Part shown: positions 11,457 to 24,347 of the stretch, piece after piece
Position numbering within the stretch: position 1 is the stretch's first letter
Layout: each line of letters opens with the position of its first letter
DNA from: Eledone cirrhosa
Taxonomy: Eukaryota
DNA length: 64,000 nucleotides
Direction: 5' to 3'
Assembly: GCA_964016885.1 (NCBI GenBank)
Contig: OZ024748.1
Span: 49,166,001-49,230,000 of the forward strand
The notes under the pieces: model-generated
Told to the model about the DNA's origin: nothing
Databases searched by the model: none
Seen by the model: only the letters and a program-made list of their open reading frames with translations
Program-made: the position numbers and the translations under genes

Positions 11457-12340
11457 AAAACTTTCTGTTATTAGCCATAATGAAGCAAGATATTGGGGCC
11501 AATAAAAGCCCCAAAACTTACTGTTATTAACCATAATGAAGCAAGATATTGTGGCCAATAAAAGCCCCAAAACTTACTGTTATTAACCATAATGAAGCAA
11601 GATATTGGGGTCAATAAAAGCCCCAAAACTTTCTGTTATTAACCATAATGAAGCAAGATATTGGGGCCAATAAAAGCCCCAAAACTTACTGTTATTAACC
11701 ATAATGAAGCAAGATATTGTGGCCAATAAAAGCCCCAAAACTTACTGTTATTAACCATAATGAAGCAAGATATTGGGGCCAATAAAAGCCCTAAAACTTT
11801 CTGTTATTAACCATAATGAAGCAAGATCTTGGGGCCAATAAAAGCCCTAAAACTTTCTGTTATTAACCATAATGAAGCAAGATATTGGGGCCAATAAAAG
11901 CCCCCAAACTTTCTGTTATTAACCATAATGAAGCAAGATATTGGGGCCAATAAAAGCCCCCAAACTTTGTTATTAACCATAATGAAGCAAGATATTGGGG
12001 CCAATAAAAGCCCCAAAACTTTCTGTTATTAACCATAATGAAGCAAGATATTGGGGCCAATAAAAGCCCCAAAACTTTCTGTTATTAACCATAATGAGGC
12101 AAGATCTTGGGGCCAATAAAAGCCCTAAAACTTACTGTTATTAACCATAATGAAGCAAGATATTTGGGCCAATAAAAGCCCCAAAACTTTCTGTTATTAA
12201 CCATAATGAAGCAAGATATTGGGGCCAATAAAAGCCCCAAAACTTTCTGTTATTAACCATAATGAAGCAAGATATTGGGGCCAATAAAAGCCCTAAAACT
12301 TTCTGTTATTAGCTATAATGAAGCAAGATATTGAGGCCAA
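11457..12340 (+). repeat. 56-bp tandem minisatellite, about 15.5 copies
   Basis: Unit CTTTCTGTTATTAACCATAATGAAGCAAGATATTGGGGCCAATAAAAGCCCCAAAA, head-to-tail with no spacers. Confidence 0.97.
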
Positions 12341-12633
12341 ACAAGCTTGACATACAATACAAAGTGCAGTACACATCAAGTATCATATCAACCCATAATA
12401 CCTGGTGGAGTTGTAGGGGTGCTCTTGTGACATACAGTGTGAATTGGGAATTTTTTAAATCTGGCAGAGCCCATCCCTCTCCAAGTCTGAACACAGCATA
12501 TATATATATATATATATATATATTTTATATATATATATATCCAAGATGGCTAACTGAATACACACGTGTGTTCTTTTTCTCATTTTCCCTCTTCCTTCCT
12601 CTCATCATTCTTTACTTTCTATCTCTAACTCTA

Positions 12634-12669
12634 TCTTCTGATGAAGGATTAGTGTCCGAAACATTAAGA
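12634..12669 (+). ncRNA. Minimal hammerhead ribozyme motif (Penelope terminal repeat about 12540-12765)
   Basis: TCTT-CTGATGA-A-GGA ttagtg TCC-GAAA-CAT-TA-AGA. Confidence 0.65.
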
Positions 12670-12757
12670 CTCTCTTCCAGCTATTTCAAGCATTAAATTA
12701 ATATATTTCTTCTATGTACTGTGCCGTTATTTTTGTTATTATTTTTACCTACACACC

Positions 12758-12809
<52 letters not shown>

Positions 12810-12938
12810 TATATATATATATATATAGTGGAAAATGAAGGAAATTCCTTGGTACCGTAAGATATATTTGAAAAGAGAGAAGAATAACTTCACTGGTAAT
12901 TGGTGGTTTTTAATAGTTCAAATCTTCTTTTCAAGTAC

Positions 12939-13012
<74 letters not shown>

Positions 13013-13399
13013 TAAATCACAATATCACAATCTCAAGGTTAATAATGAATAAAATTTGAATAGCTGGAGAGACTCCAAATTAATTGTCGAGTATAATTAA
13101 TGGTGGAGGTGATGAAGGAAGAGGTGGTGGTGATTATGATGAGGAGGATTTAATCCATCACTTTAATAATTAATCCCAAATTTCAACAGCTTAATAGAGA
13201 TTACACAGAAGTGATAACCCTCATTGTGGTGGTGGTTACGGGGAAGAAGGATGAAACAAATGGAGGAAGAGAGAAAGAAATAATTTCATGTAATTAATAA
13301 GAGTAACATGTAAATATGCAACTGAAAGGAAACGCCACTTTATCTGTCATCAGCATCACCTCATTCACCTAAATAATAATAATAATAATAACAATAATA

Positions 13400-14800
13400 A
13401 TACTAATACAAAAATACCTAATGAAGAGATAATACAAATAGCTATGAAGCATTGAAGCATGAACAAAGCAAAAAATAGTTTTTTTTGTCTTCAAGGAAGT
13501 CACAAAGTACAAAAGAGAAGCTGAATGGACAGAGAATTGTGAAGAAAAAGATGAGAAACAAAAGACAAAAGCAGACAGAGTGAAAAAGCTAAAATGTAAA
13601 GTAAAAAAATAAACAACAGATCTCTTGAATGTCACGTTAAAATTATGGTATGGTCAATACCCTAAAAAGTTGAATAAAAATGAAGAAAAAAGGAAAATTC
13701 ACAATATTGGCTAAGAAGTGTTGAACTAAAAAGAAAGACTGAAGGATCTTTAATTGCAGCAAAAGATCAAAACCTCTAAAATCAGAAACCACCAAAAGTA
13801 CAAATGAAGCAGAACACATTATCCGGAGAATATGTGGAGATGGAGAAGAAAGAACCACATTGTCTCAAACTGTCCAGTCTTAACTAAATAAAGAATATAT
13901 CCATAGACATGATCGAGTTGGAATTACATACACTGGAAGTTATACTATCATTAGGAAATAACAGAAAAAGAGGTGATACAAGCACACACCAGAAAATGTA
14001 TCAGAAAATGACAAAGGAGCCATACTCTGGGATATGTCAACACACACAGGTAGGGCGATCAAAACCAGTCAACCAGATATTATAGCCAAAGACCACTAAA
14101 CAAAAAAACAACAACAAATACTTCCTAACTGATGTATCAGTTCCAACAGATGATAGACTGTCTACCAAAGAAATAGAGAAACTATCCAGATATAAAGATC
14201 TAGAGACAGAAATAACCAAAATGTGGATGAAAGCAGAAACAATCATCATCATCATCATCATCATTTTATGTCCGCTTTGCCCTGCTTGCAAGGGTGGGAT
14301 GGGAACTGATTCTGGCTTGATTTCTACAGCTGGATGCCCTTCCTAACACCAACCTCATTTACAGTGAGTGCTGGGCGCTTTTTTCTGTGGCGCCTCCATG
14401 ACCACTTTGCAATGGAATGATAGGGACCCCAGTCCCTATCATCCCATTTCTACAGCTGAGTAAACTGGAGCAATGTGAAATAAAGTGTCTTGCTCAAGGA
14501 AACAACACATCACCCGGTCTGAGAATTGAAGACTGGGTGATGTGTTGTTTCCTTGAGCAAGATAATCCCTATAATAATAGGTGCTCTGGAAATGACACCC
14601 TACCCTCTCCCCCAAAAAATCAAACAGATACAGAACCAAAACAAGGACTTACAAATGTATAGAACATACATAAAATAGCACTACTATATACTGCACACAT
14701 TTTACAAAGAGTACTTTTAATACGATAGAAACAACAATGTCTAAATTAATACTGCAAGTACCCAAGGTGCTCAGAGCTGTGCTCGGTAATACAGTGACAG
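13400..14800 (+). mobile_element. Decayed R4/Dong-like non-LTR retrotransposon 3' part (restriction-like endonuclease), interrupted by SINE insertions at about 14242-14565
   Basis: RICGDGEE..YIHRHDRVG..QPDII..DVSVPTD..KEIEKLSRYKDLETEITKMW..IPIIIGALG; preceded by (TAA)n at 13371-13400. Confidence 0.8.
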
Positions 14801-15656
14801 CTTTCTCTTATTCTTCTCGAATCATCCCTCCATCGCAGGTGAAGCATGCACAAAGTTCTTGTCCCAGACTTCTTGATCTCCCAAAATTCAACCCAGTGAG
14901 GCCAATGTCCCTCACCAAAATAGTCCTGTTGGTTATGTTTGGACGTCTCACTCAGCACTTTGCATCTGGTGACCAGAGAAGCAGTTTCCATGTAGGTTAA
15001 TCATGGCAGGAAACATGACCAGCAAGAGCCAAGTGATGGGATCAAACTTTCAATGAAACTCGTGATAGATCACCATAAAGAACTTTGTTGGCAGTATGAC
15101 TTGGCCATGAAATACTGGTCATGAATACCACCATCATCATTTTATGTCTGCTTTCCATGCTGGCATGGGTTAGATGACTAGACAGAGCAGAAAGATCTCA
15201 TCTTGCTTATATGTTCCATATATGGCATGGTTTCTATGGCTGGATACCCTTCCTAACACCAACCATCTTACAGGGTTTACTGGATGTATTTTATTGTGGC
15301 ATGAGCATGACCACTTTACAGCATTTACTGGATGCATTATATCATGATACCAACACTATCACTTTATAAAGTGTACTGGGTATATTTTACCATGGCACCA
15401 GCACTACCATTTAAGGAGTGTACTAGGCATATTTTATCATGAGATCAACAGTACCACTTTACAGGATGTACTGGATACATTTTATCATGGCACCAACACT
15501 ACCACTCTACAGAGTGTACTGGGTGTGTTTTATCGTGGTACCAGCACAATCACTTTACAGAGTCTACTGGGTGTAGACTCTAGTGCTGGTACCAGCACTA
15601 GAAAAGTTGCCATATGCATAGGAAGACTGAAAACTTCTTTCTACCTTATATTTACC

Positions 15657-16093
15657 TACATCCATACATCCATACATACATCCATACATAGATATTTACA
15701 TCCATACATACATACATACATACATACATCCAAAGATACAAACATACATCCATCCATACATAGATAGATACAAACATACATCCATCCATACATAGATACA
15801 TACATACATACATACATACATACATAAATACAAACATACATAAATACATACATCCATACATAGATAGATACAAACATACATACATACATACATACATACA
15901 TACATAGATAGATACATACATACATACATACATACATACATACATAAATACAAACATACATAAATACATACATCCATACATAGATAGATACAAACATACA
16001 TACATACATACATAGATACATACATCCATACATAGATACATACATACATAGATACATACATACATACATACATATATAGATACATACATACAT
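15657..16093 (+). repeat. (CATA)n-type compound microsatellite
   Basis: Direct inspection; resumes at 16460-16520. Confidence 0.95.
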
Positions 16094-16458
16094 CAGCTGC
16101 CCACTTGATGTAAACGTTGTCAGAAAAATACAGGAGAAGGTGGACATCTACGGACCATTGATGAGGAGTTTACAAATCCAGTATCCAAGATACACCTTTA
16201 GCTTCATACCCATCGTTATTGGTGCTACGGGTTATATACCAACCCGCTTGGACCAAAGTATGACTGAACTTGGATTTGCGGACAAAGAGTGCAGCTCCCT
16301 AATTCATAGTCTACAAATGGCTGCGATAGCTGGCACCTTCAAAATTTGCAAAACATTCTTGCGATTCAAGGGATGACAATTTCTTTTCTTTTACAACCTT
16401 GCCACCAGGAAGGTGGCCGGTCAAAAAAATATACTCGAAATTAAGAGAAAGAGATAAC
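16093..16458 (+). mobile_element. 5'-truncated restriction-endonuclease-type non-LTR retrotransposon (R4/NeSL/Hero-like), copy 1
   Basis: ISCPLDVNVVRKIQEKVDIYGPL..FIPIVIGATGYIP..KICKTFLRFKG*; nearly identical to 30727-31035. Confidence 0.8.
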
Positions 16459-17077
16459 ACAGATACATACATACATACATAGATACATACATACATACAT
16501 ACATACATACATACATACATGGTGGCTGCCAACTCGTTTTTGAGTACGGCCACTACTTTATATCCATGTAGGAGAACCCCTACCGATGCGCTGAACGAGT
16601 GTGACTTTTTAGTTCAGCCACTACACTTGTGACAATTATTGACACATAGTGCTGGGCCCATGGTACCATGTGACGACAAGTGCAGAGAGATCTCCAGATA
16701 CAAAGCAATGCCTGTGCCGTGGACTTTTATAGTGAGCAAAGGCACTGCACAAAGCCAGTCCCACTCTCTTAACCAAGATGATATTTACCAAAAAGAACAA
16801 GTCAACATCATTGGATACAATCAGGGTTGCAGGTGTTATATCAGAGTTTTCCTTCTAGAATTCTGCCTTGACAAAGGCTAAGGGGTCATCTCTCCCGGTG
16901 ATTTTGGATGGCCATTGACTCTTAAGAGCTCCTTTGCCCTTTGACAGGTTTTGTTTTTAGTCCTGCAGGCTGTCCAAAGTCCCCCTCCTCACCAAGAAAC
17001 CTTGGTGGGGTTGCCAGTTTAGTCGCCAACGACCCGACCATGAGACGGGTTGTACTGGGATACATGTTACCAGTAGC

Positions 17078-17467
17078 ACATACATATATACATACATATA
17101 TACATACACATATATATACATATATATATACATACATATATATATTCATATATATATACATACATATATATATTCATATATATATACATACATATATATA
17201 TTCATATATATATACATACATATATATATTCATATATATATACATACATATATATATTCATATATATATACATACATATATTCATATATATATACATACA
17301 TATATATATTCATATATATATACATACATATATATATTCATATATATATACATACATATATATATTCATATATATATACATACATATATATATTCATATA
17401 TATATACATACATATATATATTCATATATATATACATACATATATATATTCATATATATATACATAC

Positions 17468-17515
<48 letters not shown>
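17078..17515 (+). repeat. (TA/CATA/TTCA) compound microsatellite
   Basis: Direct inspection. Confidence 0.95.
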
Positions 17516-17519
<4 letters not shown>

Positions 17520-17574
17520 ATTTAAAACTGCACTATCCACAAGTGTTTTTTAGCCTTCATATCATGTTCTCCTG

Positions 17575-17641
17575 TTTTATCTGATGAAAACACAAATATT
17601 ATTGCTTGATGATGTTTGTTTTTGAAATGCGCATAATAAAA
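17575..17641 (+). ncRNA. Minimal type I hammerhead ribozyme motif
   Basis: TTTTAT-CTGATGA-AAAC..GTTTTT-GAAA-TGCGCA(palindromic stem III)-TA-ATAAAA. Confidence 0.75.
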
Positions 17642-17673
17642 TATATGGAACTCCTTTAACCATCTTTTGATCT

Positions 17674-18300
17674 TATATTATATATATATATATATATATA
17701 TACATACATATATATATATACATACATATATATACACACACATATATATACACACACACATATATACACACACATATATATACACACATATATATACACA
17801 CATATATATACACACACATATATATACACACACATATATATACACACACATATATATACACACACATATATATACACACACATATATATACACACACACA
17901 TATATACACACACATATATATACACACATATATATACACACACACATATATATACACACATATATATACACACATATATATACACACACATATATATACA
18001 CACACATATATATACACACACATATATATACACACATATATATACACACACACATATATATACACACACATATATACACACACATATATATACACACACA
18101 TATATATACACACACATATATACACACACATATATACACACACATATATATACACACACATATATATATACACACACATATATATACACACACATATATA
18201 TACACACACATATATATACACACATATATATACACACACATATATATACACACACATATATATACACACACATATATATATATATATATATACATATATA
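17674..18300 (+). repeat. (TA)n(CA)n compound microsatellite
   Basis: Direct inspection. Confidence 0.95.
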
Positions 18301-18439
18301 TTGGCCCAAAAAATTAAGGCAGAACAGGAATTCAATGAACATTTATTAAAGTGTATCAATCTGATTATGAGCAACAAATGAAATTACATAACTATTAGTT
18401 ATAAAGTTTGGGTATCATTTGTACTTTGTATCTCAACCA

Positions 18440-21355
18440 GTGGTGGTGGTGGTGGTGGTGGTGGTGGCGGTGGTGGTTATAGTGGTGGTCGTAGTAAGGG
18501 GGTGATGGTGGTAGTGGTGTTGCTGTTGTTGTAGTGGTGGGGGTTGTAGTTGTGGTGGTGTTGGTGGTGGTGTGTGTTGGTGGTCGTTATAGTGGTGGTT
18601 GTAGTGGTGGTGGTGGTGTTGGTGGTGTTGGTGGTCATTATAGTGGTGGTTGTGGTGGTGGTGGTGTGTGATGGTGTTGGTGGTCGTTATAGTGGTGGTG
18701 GTGATGGTGGCGGTGGTGGTTATAGTGGTGGTCGTAGTAAGGGGGTGATGGTGGTAGTGGTGTTGCTGTTGTTGTAGTGGTGGGGGTTGTAGTTGTGGTG
18801 GTGTTGGTGGTGTGTGTGTTGGTGTTGGTGGTCGTTACAGTGGTGGTTGTAGTGGTGGTGGTGGTGTTGATGGTGGTGTGTGATGGTGTTGATGGTGGTG
18901 TGTGATGGTGTTGGTGTTGGTGGTCGTTATAGTGGTGGTTGTAGTGGTGGTGGTGTGTGATGGTGTTGGTGGTTGTAGTGGTGGTGGTGCTGGTGGTGGT
19001 GTGTGATGGTGTTGGTGGTCGTTATAGTGGTGGTTGTAGTGATGGTGGTGGTGGTGGTGTGTGATGGTGTTGGTGTTGGTGGTCGTTATAGTGTTGGTTG
19101 TAGTGGTGGTGGTGTGTGATGGTGTTGGTGTTGGTGGTCGTTATAGTGGTGGTTGTGGTGGTGGTGATGGTGGCGGTGGTGGTCGTAGTAAGGGGGTGAT
19201 GATGGTAGTGGTGTTGCTGTTGTTGTAGTGGTGGGGGTTGTAGTTGTGGTGGTGTTGGTGGTGGTGGTGGTGTTGGTGGTCGTTATAGTGGTGGTTGTAG
19301 TGGTGGTGGTGGTGGTGGTGGTGTTGATGGTGGTGTGTGATGGTGTTGGTGTTGGTGGTCGTTATAGTGGTGGTTGTAGTGGTGGTGGTGGTGGTGGTGG
19401 TGGTGTTGGTGGTGTTGGTGGTCGTTATAGTGGTGGTTGTAGTGGTGGTGGTGGTGGTGGTGGTGTTGATGGTGGTGTGTGATGGTGTTGGTGTTGGTGG
19501 TCGTTATAGTGGTGGTTGTAGTGGTGGTGGTGGTGGTGGTGGTGGTGTTGGTGGTGTTGGTGGTCGTTATAGTGGTGGTTGTAGTGGTGGTGGTGGTGGT
19601 GGTGGTGTTGATGGTGGTGTGTGATGGTGTTGGTGTTGGTGGTCGTTATAGTGGTGGTTGTAGTGGTGGTGGTGGTGGTGGTGGTGGTGTTGGTGGTGTT
19701 GGTGGTCGTTATAGTGGTGGTTGTAGTGGTGGTGGTGGTGGTGGTGGTGGTGTTGGTGGTGTTGGTGGTCGTTATAGTGGTGGTTGTAGTGGTGGTGGTG
19801 GTGGTGGTGGTGTTGATGGTGGTGTGTGATGGTGTTGGTGTTGGTGGTCGTTATAGTGGTGGTTGTAGTGGTGGTGGTGGTGGTGGTGGTGGTGTTGGTG
19901 GTGTTGGTGGTCGTTATAGTGGTGGTTGTAGTGGTGGTGTTGGTGGTGGTGGTGGTGTTGGTGGTGTTGGTGGTCGTTATAGTGGTGGTTGTAGTGGTGG
20001 TGGTGTTGATGGTGGTGTGTGATGGTGTTGGTGTTGGTGGTCGTTATAGTGGTGGTTGTAGTGGTGGTGGTGGTGGTGGTGGTGGTGTGTGATGGTGGTC
20101 GTTATAGTGGTGGTCGTAGTAAGGGGGTGAAGGTGGCAGCAGCAATAGTACAGCTAGCTACATGAGGGTCATTCAGGAAATAGTCTAAATACCACCACCA
20201 CCACCACCACCACCACCACCACCACCACCACCACACCACCACCACCACCACCACCACCACCACAACAACAACACCACCACCACCACCACCACCACCACAC
20301 CACCACCACCACCACCACCACCACCACACCACCACCACCACCACCACCACCACCACACCACCACCACCACCACCACCACCACCACACCACCACAACACCA
20401 CCACCACCACCAATACCACAACACCACCACCACCACCACACCACCACCACCACCACCACCACCACTACCACAACCAATAACAATAACAACAACACAATTG
20501 TTTGGTGTTTCAAATACTGCATGATATTAATTAAGTTACTGAACAATGAACAAAATAGTCTGTTGCTGTTGTAGTGTTGGTGATGGTGGTATTGGTGGTG
20601 GTGGTAGTGGTGGGGTGGGGGTGGGGGTGGGGTGGGGGTGGGGGAATTGGTGGTGGGGGGAGGGGGTATTGGTGGTGGGGTGGTAGTGGTGGTATTGGTG
20701 GGTGGTGGTGGTATTGGTGGTAGGGTGGGGGTGGGGTGGTATTGGTGGTGGTGGTATTGGTGGGGGTGGGGGTATTGGTGGTGGTGATGATGGTAGTGGT
20801 GGTATTGGTGGGGTGGGGTGGGGTGGGGGTATTGGTGGGGGTGGTAGTGGTGGTGGTGGTAGTGGTGGTAGTGGTGGTATTGGTGGTGGTGGTGGTAGTG
20901 GTGGTGGTGGTATTGGTGGTAGTGGTAGTGGTGGTGGTGGTGGTATTGGTGGTGGTAGTGGTGGTGGTGGTAGTGGTGGTGGTGGTAGTGGTGGTGGTAG
21001 TGGTGGTGGTGGTAGTGGTGGTGGTAGTGGTGGTGGTGATATTGCAACTGGTGGTAGGGGTAGTAGTGATTGTAATAGTGGTTGTAGTGGTGGTGGTAGT
21101 AGTGGTGATAGTAGAGGTGGTGGTAGTGGTAACAGTGGTGGTGGTAGAAATGTTGGTGGTGATGGTAGTGGTAGCAGTGGTGGTATTGGAGTGGTGGTGG
21201 TAATAGTAGTAGTGGAAGTAGTAGTGGTGGTGGTAGTGGTGGTAGTAGAGGTGGTGGTGGTTTTGGTGATGTTGGAGCTGGTGGTAGTGATAGTGTAGGG
21301 TAGTAACAGTGGTTGTGATTGTGGTAGTGATGGTGATGGTAGTAGTCATGGTAGT
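18440..21355. repeat. GGT-based complex repeat: G-rich 18440-20130 (63/142-bp higher-order units), C-rich (CCA)n 20191-20475, G-rich 20575-21355
   Basis: Direct inspection; recurring GGTCGTTATAGT landmark. Confidence 0.95.
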
Positions 21356-21799
21356 TTAATAAACATACAAGAGTCTTGCTGTAAATGTTTTAAGCTGTGA
21401 TCATGTCACAGCTCTCCCATTAGCTGTGATCATGTCACAGCTCTCTCATTAGCTGGTGATAATGCCAGACAATTAATTAATCCTATCCAGTTCAGTTCAC
21501 ACTTTATGCAAATGAGCATCAGCAGCTGATGTTTCTTACACAAAACCCATACACACTTTAGCCCAGTCCTAGGCTAACCCTAACCCGTGAGCTGTAGGTA
21601 GCCCACTTGAAATTCTGATTGACATGCCTAATTTTAAAATTGCCTTAAACTTTTTAGGAGCGTGGCCCAACTGTACGAGTCAAATCATTGAAAATGTCGA
21701 TTTTTGCGGGGTATGGTATGGTCCCGTAACGCCTGATTGAGTCATAAGGGCACCCTAATGGCATACAGCATTTCTTGGGCACATTAAGCCTGGTAGAGC

Positions 21800-22110
21800 C
21801 CATCACCTCTCCAGGCCTGACCTGGCAGAGCCCACCCCTCTCCAGGCCTGACCTGGCAGAGCCCACCCCTCTCCAGGCCTGAGTACAGCAGATTTCTTCC
21901 AGAGAAAGATAGAAAGTGAAAGAGAGGAAATTAGAAAGAGATATAAAAGAAGAATCAACCCCAGTACTAGACTGGTACTTTTTTGTCGACCTCAAAAGGA
22001 TGAAAGGCAAAGTTGACTTTAGTGGGATTTGAACTCAGACAGCAGAGAGCTGGAACGAATACCACAAAGCATTCTATCCAATGTTCTGATGACTCAGCCA
22101 ATTCATCATC
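21800..22110 (-). mobile_element. SINE family A with extended 3' tail
   Basis: Same body as 250-465; tail (TCTTTCT..CTGGAAGAAAT..CAGGCCTGGAGAGGG) shared with copies at 34447-34790 and 39373-39630. Confidence 0.7.
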
Positions 22111-23495
22111 TTAAGTCATAGTATATCTAAAGATATTTATATATTTTATCAGGAAAACAACTTATTAATTTTTTTACCAAATCACCTGAAACCACCCTTC
22201 GTTATATGATACAAAGATGAGAGAAAGAATAACAATAAAAGAAAAGAAAAAAGAAAAATGAAAATAATGGAAAGCAGAAGTTTCAGTTGCTGAATCTTTT
22301 CATAACCTCAAAGATTTTTGTTTATAGTTGGTAGATCTTTGACAATATATTATACTTAAAACATTTGGTCCCTATTTTAAAGTTAACGAAGTTTGTCAGG
22401 ATAGATTTGGAGATTTGACTGCTACAATAGTTTTTTTTGTATTGGATTGGCCTGTGTTTAGTGTTGTTATTGAAAGTAGAAGTAAACTGTTTAGTTGAAA
22501 GCTGTGGGCTGGGTAACAGTCCTTACTTTAATATTACAGATTTTCACAATGATCTATTCACTAGTAAAGTTACTATAAACATTTGAATCAACAAACCGCA
22601 TGAAACCACATTAGCAAAAGCTTCTTGAAAACTACAAAACAGCATTATGAGTGCGTCACATTGAAAATTGAACTCCAATGCACAGTTTCACAGTTATCTG
22701 TCCACTTGTAAAGATACTATTAACCTTTGAATTAACAAAACAAACCAGCTAGATCATCATTGCAGGGTGTTAATCAATTATTAGTTTGAGCAATGTTAGC
22801 TACAAAACCAGCAATAATCAGTGATTCTCTCTACATAAACCTCCAGATTAACATAAATGTAAACTAGAAAACCAGACAGAAATTGAGTTACTTTGGTAAT
22901 TAAAGATTTTTTTCCCTCCCAATCAATTAATTAAGCATAGATTTTCTTGCTATTTAAAAAAAAACATTTTCTGTTTGATTCTGTTTTTATTTTATACTTT
23001 ACACAATTATTACATTGCAACATAGTTTATAGGCAGGTTCTATTTTTATAGCACCGTCATACCGCTTAGGTAATTTTTAGTCTTTTAAATGCTTAAAACT
23101 AGTTATTTAAAATATAAAGAAAAAGAAAAAGGAAGTCATTGGTTGACTCAATCTTTCTTTTTCTTTATTCGTATTTTTATTTTTCCAGGCAGAAGTGTAT
23201 AATAAAAGAATCAGCTAGATTATTGAACTGAAGGGCACTGAGTTTGATATCTGTTGGACTGGGTTATGTTAGGCTTGTTGTTGTTGTGTGTGAAACACTT
23301 GTGGAAAACAAGCATTATTACCATTTCTGTATTCTGAGATTGAAGGCAGCGAATTGGCAGAGTCTTCTAGAACATCACATCCACACCATATTGAATGCTT
23401 TCGGTTCAAATCCTGCCAAGGTCAACTTTACCTTTCATCCTTCTCAGATCAATTCATTTCCTTCTAGATCTCTTTCTCACTTTCTCTCTTTCTCT

Positions 23496-23533
<38 letters not shown>

Positions 23534-23757
23534 GGAATACTGTTTGCTTCTTGCTACAATAATTTCTATACTTTTCATTTATATATATATATATATATAT
23601 ATTGTTATACTTTGGGAGGGTCATGTTGCCAATAAGAAACACACGCACCAGTTGCTTTCACTTCAATTTAATTTAATATATATTTATAAATTTACAAATT
23701 TATAAATTTCTGGTTGGTTGGTTGGTTCCACAACCAGATAGTTGTTTATATATATAT

Positions 23758-23802
23758 AGTCATAGTTCTTTCGTCACACACTCTGTGACCTCTTCAGTGA
23801 CT
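23758..23802 (-). ncRNA. Hammerhead ribozyme motif, mirror copy in the left arm
   Basis: Exact reverse complement of 23910-23954. Confidence 0.75.
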
Positions 23803-23909
23803 GGGGATTTCTTTCTTCGTTTCTGTGCCTTTCCTTTCTTCTATCCTACGCCATTTTCTGGCGTAGGATAGAAGAAAGGAAAGGCACAGAAACGAAGAAA
23901 GAAATCCCC

Positions 23910-23954
23910 AGTCACTGAAGAGGTCACAGAGTGTGTGACGAAAGAACTATGACT
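23910..23954 (+). ncRNA. Minimal type I hammerhead ribozyme motif
   Basis: AGTCA-CTGAAGA-G-GTCAC agagtgt GTGAC-GAAA-GAAC-TA-TGACT; 5-bp stems I and II. Confidence 0.8.
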
Positions 23955-24167
23955 ATATATATATAAACAACTATCTGGTTGTGGAACCAACCAACCAACC
24001 AGAAATTTATAAATTTGTAAATTTATAAATATATATTAAATTAAATTGAAGTGAAAGCAACTGGTGCGTGTGTTTCTTATTGGCAACATGACCCTCCCAA
24101 AGTATAACAATATCGGTTTCAACACACGATTTCAGATAAAGAATCTTGCTAAACAAATTCAGAAACG

Positions 24168-24210
<43 letters not shown>

Positions 24211-24309
24211 ATTATAGCTTGGTCTAATTGATTTTTTATATGGTTAATTATGCTAATTAGAAGAGGAAATAGTATATATTTTATCTAATAATTCTAAGGA
24301 CATGATTTA

Positions 24310-24347
<38 letters not shown>

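Larger units (their letters stand above)
23599..24113. repeat. Apparently perfect palindrome, 255-bp arms with a 5-nt loop (Penelope-type inverted terminal repeat)
   Basis: 23599-23853 reads as the exact reverse complement of 23859-24113; loop TTTTC. Confidence 0.95.

Noticed and set aside
11457-12340. CRISPR-like array
   Set aside because: Units are contiguous with no unique spacers, there are no cas genes, and the context is eukaryotic.
15652-21349. Long ORFs (YVCM, HIYT, poly-V/G/T/H)
   Set aside because: Translations of microsatellites with no splice or homology support.
21573-21586. Telomeric repeat CTAACCCTAACCC
   Set aside because: Only two units, expected by chance.
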